A stretch of DNA of 25,006 nt from Minisyncoccia bacterium. GTDB lineage: Bacteria; Patescibacteriota; Minisyncoccia; Phycocordibacterales; PCTT01. The stretch's first letter is position 1; the number at the start of each line of letters is the position of its first letter. Positions 23,471 to 25,006 of this stretch are shown in pieces. The position numbers and the translations under genes are program-made. The notes below the pieces were generated by a model. That model made no database searches. It saw only the letters and a program-made list of their open reading frames with translations, and was not told where the DNA came from. The DNA is taken from NCBI GenBank assembly GCA_041601015.1, contig JBFIIZ010000001.1:1-25006 (forward strand). The letters run 5' to 3'.

Positions 23471-25006
23471 ATGACAACATTTATTATAGGAAGTGCGTTG
23501 TTGGCAATAGTCTATGGACTATATTTGGCCTCATCAATCGTTAAGCTTCCAGCAGGAAACGAAAAAATGCAGAAAATAGCAAAAGCTATACAAGAAGGTG
23601 CTTCTGCATACCTAAATAGACAGTACAAAACGATAGCGATGGTTGCCGTCGTTATATTTTTGATTATAGGCTTCACCGAAGCTCTTGGTTGGACAACCGC
23701 AATTGCGTTTTTGGTGGGAGCATTTTTATCTGGCCTAACGGGATACATAGGAATGAACATTTCAGTACGAGCAAATGTTAGAACAGCAGAAGCTGCAAGA
23801 GGGGGGCTTAAAAAAGCACTCGAAGTAGCTGTAAAAGGAGGAACAGTAACAGGTATGCTTGTTGTTGGTCTCGGACTTTTGGGGACAGCAGGTTTCTACC
23901 TAATAACAAAAGACGTACACGCACTAATAGGTCTTGGTTTTGGAGGATCTCTTATATCAATATTCGCAAGACTTGGAGGTGGAATATTTACAAAAGCAGC
24001 TGACGTTGGGGCAGACCTTGTTGGAAAGGTTGAGGTTGGTATTCCTGAAGACGACCCTCGAAACCCAGCAGTTATAGCTGACAATGTTGGAGATAATGTT
24101 GGAGACTGTGCTGGAATGGCGGCTGACTTGTTTGAGACTTACGCGGTTACATTAATCGCCGTTATGCTTCTTGCGTCTCTTTTGTTTGAAGCATTTCCAA
24201 ATGCAATTATGTACCCACTGGCAATCGGTGGCGCATCTATTTTCGCTTCAATTATTGGGTCTTTCCTAATTAAGCTTGGAAAAGATAAAAACATAATGAA
24301 GGCTCTATATAAAGGCCTTGGAGCATCCGCCCTTATAGCGGCCGCTGCTTTTTATCCTCTCACAAACTATCTTATGAGCGGAAATGGTCTATATAGCACA
24401 ATGAATCTTTACTTATCTGCACTTATAGGGCTCGCTGTAACGGCAGCGCTCGTGGTAATAACCGAATACTACACATCTACAAAATACAAACCCGTACAAG
24501 ATATCGCTAAGGCTTCAGAGACAGGGCACGGAACAAACATAATCGCAGGACTCGCAATGAGTATGAAATCAACTGCGCTTCCTGTGTTAGTAATTGTTGC
24601 TGCAATTTTAGGCTCATATGGTCTTGCAGATATATTTGGTGTCGCAATCGCTGCTATGGCCATGCTTTCAATGGCTGGAATAATCGTCGCTATAGACTCA
24701 TATGGTCCAATCACAGACAACGCCGGCGGTATAGCCGAGATGGCAGAGATGGGTTCAGCTGTCAGAGACATCACAGACCCACTTGATGCAGTTGGAAACA
24801 CAACAAAAGCTGTTACAAAAGGTTATGCAATAGGCTCTGCCGCACTTGCTGCTCTTGTGCTCTTCGCAGACTTCACTCATTCCGTATCTGCTGGAGGTCA
24901 AGAAATACTATTCCTTATCGATTCGCCTTATGTACTATCAGGGCTGTTTATAGGAGGTCTTCTTCCCTACTATTTTGCCGCTCTATCTATGCAGGCGGTG
25001 GGAGAA
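23471..25006 (+). CDS. hppA: Membrane-bound ion-pumping pyrophosphatase (K+-independent H+-PPase type), 3' end outside the window
   Basis: Not in the ORF track. Manual translation from ATG 23471 gives [76 protein letters not shown] and [13 protein letters not shown]. Confidence 0.96.
   Translation, partial: MTTFIIGSALLAIVYGLYLASSIVKLPAGNEKMQKIAKAIQEGASAYLNRQYKTIAMVAVVIFLIIGFTEALGWTTAIAFLVGAFLSGLTGYIGMNISVRANVRTAEAARGGLKKALEVAVKGGTVTGMLVVGLGLLGTAGFYLITKDVHALIGLGFGGSLISIFARLGGGIFTKAADVGADLVGKVEVGIPEDDPRNPAVIADNVGDNVGDCAGMAADLFETYAVTLIAVMLLASLLFEAFPNAIMYPLAIGGASIFASIIGSFLIKLGKDKNIMKALYKGLGASALIAAAAFYPLTNYLMSGNGLYSTMNLYLSALIGLAVTAALVVITEYYTSTKYKPVQDIAKASETGHGTNIIAGLAMSMKSTALPVLVIVAAILGSYGLADIFGVAIAAMAMLSMAGIIVAIDSYGPITDNAGGIAEMAEMGSAVRDITDPLDAVGNTTKAVTKGYAIGSAALAALVLFADFTHSVSAGGQEILFLIDSPYVLSGLFIGGLLPYYFAALSMQAVGE

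Noticed and set aside
23512-24801. Three short minus-strand ORFs
   Set aside because: Antisense to hppA, which the track missed because it runs off the window.
1-25006. Alternative genetic code 25 (UGA=Gly)
   Set aside because: All genes, including the Gly-rich 1713-aa protein, are full length in code 11.

Overview
25-kb window from a small-genome, AT-rich bacterium. Gene content and style (compact genes, A/T-rich leaders, split ComEC, H-I-J-K minor pilin cluster, giant Ig-repeat surface protein) suggest Patescibacteria/CPR, Parcubacteria-like; this is inference, not a database result. Standard code 11 gives full-length genes. From left to right: partial M50 site-2 protease (-), rpmB (+), a ~96-aa orphan (-), stand-alone ComEC metallo-beta-lactamase domain (-), Fe/Mn SOD (+), a GC-rich orphan membrane protein with its own promoter, SD and terminator (+), recJ-rnhA-comEC (-), HIT hydrolase (+), tpiA-pgk (-), type IV pilus operon pilB-pilC plus four minor pilins (-), a 1713-aa multi-Ig secreted protein and a 156-aa membrane-anchored protein (-), nusA (+) and partial hppA (+). 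No tRNA, rRNA, CRISPR array or transposase/integrase was seen. Most notable: a candidate giant pilus-associated adhesin, a terminator-like hairpin in the nusA leader, leaderless extended -10 promoters, RNase HI with a C-terminal hybrid-binding-like domain, the orphan cassette between the two ComEC halves, and no TGA stop in 20 complete genes.
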